Shown: positions 60,945 through 64,000 of the stretch, in pieces
Layout of the letters: the number at the start of each line of letters is the position of its first letter
How positions within the stretch are numbered: position 1 is the stretch's first letter
NCBI RefSeq assembly: GCF_009914755.1
Contig: NC_060932.1
Direction: 5' to 3' (one strand)
DNA: 64,000 bases
DNA from: the human T2T-CHM13v2.0 reference genome, Homo sapiens
The notes under the pieces: model-generated
Told to the model about the DNA's origin: nothing
Databases searched by the model: none
Seen by the model: the letters and a program-made list of their open reading frames with translations, nothing else
Made by a program: the position numbers and the translations under genes

Positions 60945-61554
60945 AAACATAAAAGGGCAATATAAATTCCTGTGCATGTCACCTTTTACTTAAGAATTCA
61001 TTAACAGCGAATTAGTTTAACAAGGCTGTTTTGCAAGAGGCTGTGGTTGCATTCAAAAATTAGAATGGGAACAACGACTTGTAAAAATTAAACATTTTAA
61101 ACTACCACTTACTACATTCACTGTGTCTACAATTTGGCATATTTCTTTCGGTGGCCACAAAATTATAAAATGGACACAGAATAGGGTCTTCAAAAAATTA
61201 AGGACGTTCTTTCTTCTTAACAACATTATAAATATAATTCAAATAAGCATGACAATTTTACCAAATAGATTGACTTTTTTGCTTCAAAGAACACATTTGT
61301 ACATGTAAATTAAGTTTGGTCAATATGTGTGAGTGCATGTGCCTGTGGATGTAAATGGCAGTAAAGGGGAAGGTGGAAAAAAGGGAGATGGTCTGGCTTT
61401 TTTAACTCACTTTTTAAACACCCAAAACAGAGGTACTAAAAAATAATGATGTTGTGAAAATAAAGTATTGCCAACTAGAAAAAAGACTTGAAATTGGCAT
61501 ATTTCTTTCTTATATATTATTAAATATATCGTAAATATAAATCTTACACAATTT

Positions 61555-62039
61555 AGCTCCCCTATCTCCCAGTCTCTGTGAGAGGTTAGGAATCTAACTT
61601 TCCTAGGCCTCAGTTAATAAATACATCTGGCCTAATCACATTGACTAACCTCTCTCCTAACATCATGCAGCAGATTTCACTGGCTCGCCAAAAAATTCTC
61701 CTACATTTTTTTTTTTTTTTTTTTTTTTCCTGAGATGGAGTCTCGCTCTGTCGCCCAGACTGGAGTACAAGTGGCACGATCTTGGCTCACTGCAACCTCC
61801 GCCTCCCAGGTTCAAGAGATTCTTGTGCCTCAGCCTCCTGAGTAGCTAGGATTAAAGGTGCATGCCACCACGCCCAGCTAATGTTTGTCTTTTTAGTATA
61901 GATGAGGTTTCACCATGTTGGTCAGGCTGGTCTCAAACTCCTAACCTTGTGATCCACCCGCCTTGGCCTTCAAAAGTTCTGGGATTACAGGTGTGAGCCA
62001 CCATGCCCGGCCAACTCTCCTGCCTTTTATTTCAACAGA
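61555..62039 (+). repeat. Local direct duplication of LTR segment 60444-60607, later split by an Alu
   Basis: Both copies read ctgtgaga(a/g)gttaggaa(c/t)ctaactttccta...ggcctaatcacattgac...ctctcctaacatca...aactctcctgcctttt. Confidence 0.85.
61706..62012 (-). mobile_element. AluSg-like
   Basis: Full antisense dimer; degenerate TSD aattctcctaca / aactctcctgcc. Confidence 0.92.
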
Positions 62040-64000
62040 TATGTCAACTTTTACATGGTACAATAATTGTATAAGATAATATTAGATTGAATCTCACAAT
62101 CACACTCAGCTTGATTACTAAACTTTCTCCTGCTTCTTGCTCACCTAAATTTACCTACATTTTCTATGAATAGAGTAGTTTAGAAATTTATGTCTTCTGT
62201 GCATTATAGTGTAAGTTATTGTAAGATAGAAATATGGACTTTCTTTGAATCCCATTTTCTGCCTAGGAAATACCAATATATTTTGAGTATGATAAGTGTT
62301 TCAAAGCATTCAAAAATGAACAATGTAGGAAACACACTGCAAAATGAGGTCTGATTCTCATCCCCTTACTCTTAATTGCTCTTTGTCTCTCGTCTCTCTC
62401 TGTTTCATTGATGAGTATAAAAGATCACTTTCATATGATATTAAAATTCATAGAAATAAGTGTTGATTTGATCATCCAACCAATCATTTATTGAGTGTCC
62501 ATTACAAGTCAAATTGTGTTCTTGAGAACAGCTCAGGAAATGAATGTTTGACACTGATGTACATAACAGAAATGCAAACATACCACTAAAAACATCAGAC
62601 CTCTTATGACAATCCAGATTCTCATGTAAGCTCTATTAAGCTCTTTCAAGGTGAGAATTGATCATTTCAAAAAAAATCATTTTAACAGGTCATTCTTGAG
62701 ACAGAAAAGTGGAATTAGAAGCTCATATATTGCTGTTTCAGGAGCTAAAATCTTAAGTGCTGTATTTAATCAATTGACAGCCATATAATTCTTAGTTTTA
62801 TATACCGATATTCATCAAAAATTAAAAACCTTGAAAATTATTCCTGTCTCATTCTACTAATCAATTTAAACATTTCATTTATTTTGTTATGTTTCCTCAT
62901 TTTACTTGGCCTTGAATACTTCTTTCCAGCCCAGTATTAAATTTAATTGAGATCTAATTTGTTTACTTGGTTTAGTTACTTTGGCTATGTTTGGTACATG
63001 TCTTATGAAGCAGGTATGTAGGAATGTTTACAAATTTATGGTCCTCACTCCTCCAAAGCCCTAATGGCGATACACCGAACAGACACATACCACAATGTAA
63101 ACACACACACACTCACCCACCCACCCACCCACACACACACTCCAGTGGATCAACACATAAAATACTCTACAGGCAAAAACATCACACATCAGGGATCTCT
63201 CAGTGTATTACTCACTTCTGTAATTTATCAGGACTGTTCAAATGAGGTGAGTCTGCAGAGATTTCTAAGGCGATTTGAGTGCTAAGCTATCTAACTAGTG
63301 GTTGGACACTATTTGAGTAATGTACCAAACATAACTCTCAAGACTGTGAAGAATTTATGTACTTTCCAATAAACAAGGAGTTACAAGATCCTAAAAAACA
63401 CAAGTTTTTTATATCCTTTAATAGATAAAGGAAAGCTGATATCAATATGAATATATGTGTGTTAATGTTTGCTTGCTTGTAGTATACATTTTTATGTTAC
63501 TGGGAGTAAGAAACATCTTACGGAAAAGAAGACAAGAAATAAAATTTTCTTTGTTACACTGTCCAGTAACTCTCCACTGCACATGTAGGCTATAAATTGA
63601 TGTCTTGGGGAACCACTTTGGTATTTCATTTTAATAGCTCATTCTGGAGAATATATTTGAATGGATCATGTATTACAACTGATTTAAATTTTGACCCATA
63701 TAGAAATGAGTTCTCAAAAATATGTCTGAAGCCTGGATACTGTAAAATCCTTTATCATCACAGAATAATAAATTGCTAGCCATTAGTTACTCAGAAATTG
63801 TTCAATATCTAAGACGACTTAGATATAAATAGTTATGAGCAAGTATGTCTCATCATTAATGTTTGTAAAAATTAATGCTGTCATTTATGATTGAGAATAA
63901 AAAACGAGAAATGAAACTTTGATAGAAGTAAATGATAGATATAAACTTTACATAAAGCGAGAGAATAATAGATGTGTTAAAATGTTTATTTTATAGATAA

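Overview
AT-rich human genomic DNA (an AluYb8 with its diagnostic 7-bp duplication indicates human). I can support no protein-coding exon, RNA gene or CRISPR array. More than half of the window is interspersed repeat: L1s of several ages (L1PB1 with a twin-priming 5' inversion, L1PA3, L1PA4, L1MC/ME/MB), about 12 Alus, MaLR/ERVL/ERV1/ERVK LTRs, a decayed ERV1 provirus carrying nested insertions, and DNA transposons (piggyBac MER75, Charlie1, MER5/MER20). The only ORFs with a recognisable product are broken L1 ORF2 remnants. The most notable signal is four independent insertions that were copied from sequence 0.5-3 kb away rather than arriving by transposition. Two are inverted (5837-6665, 35071-35537) and two are direct (24294-24451, 61555-62039). 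Each shares private mutations or unique flanking sequence with its local donor. Three have clear junction signatures (microhomology, or a perfect 12-bp snap-back hairpin). Together they look like a fossil cluster of template-switch / end-joining repair events. Subfamily names are from memory of consensus sequences, and boundaries of old repeats are approximate.
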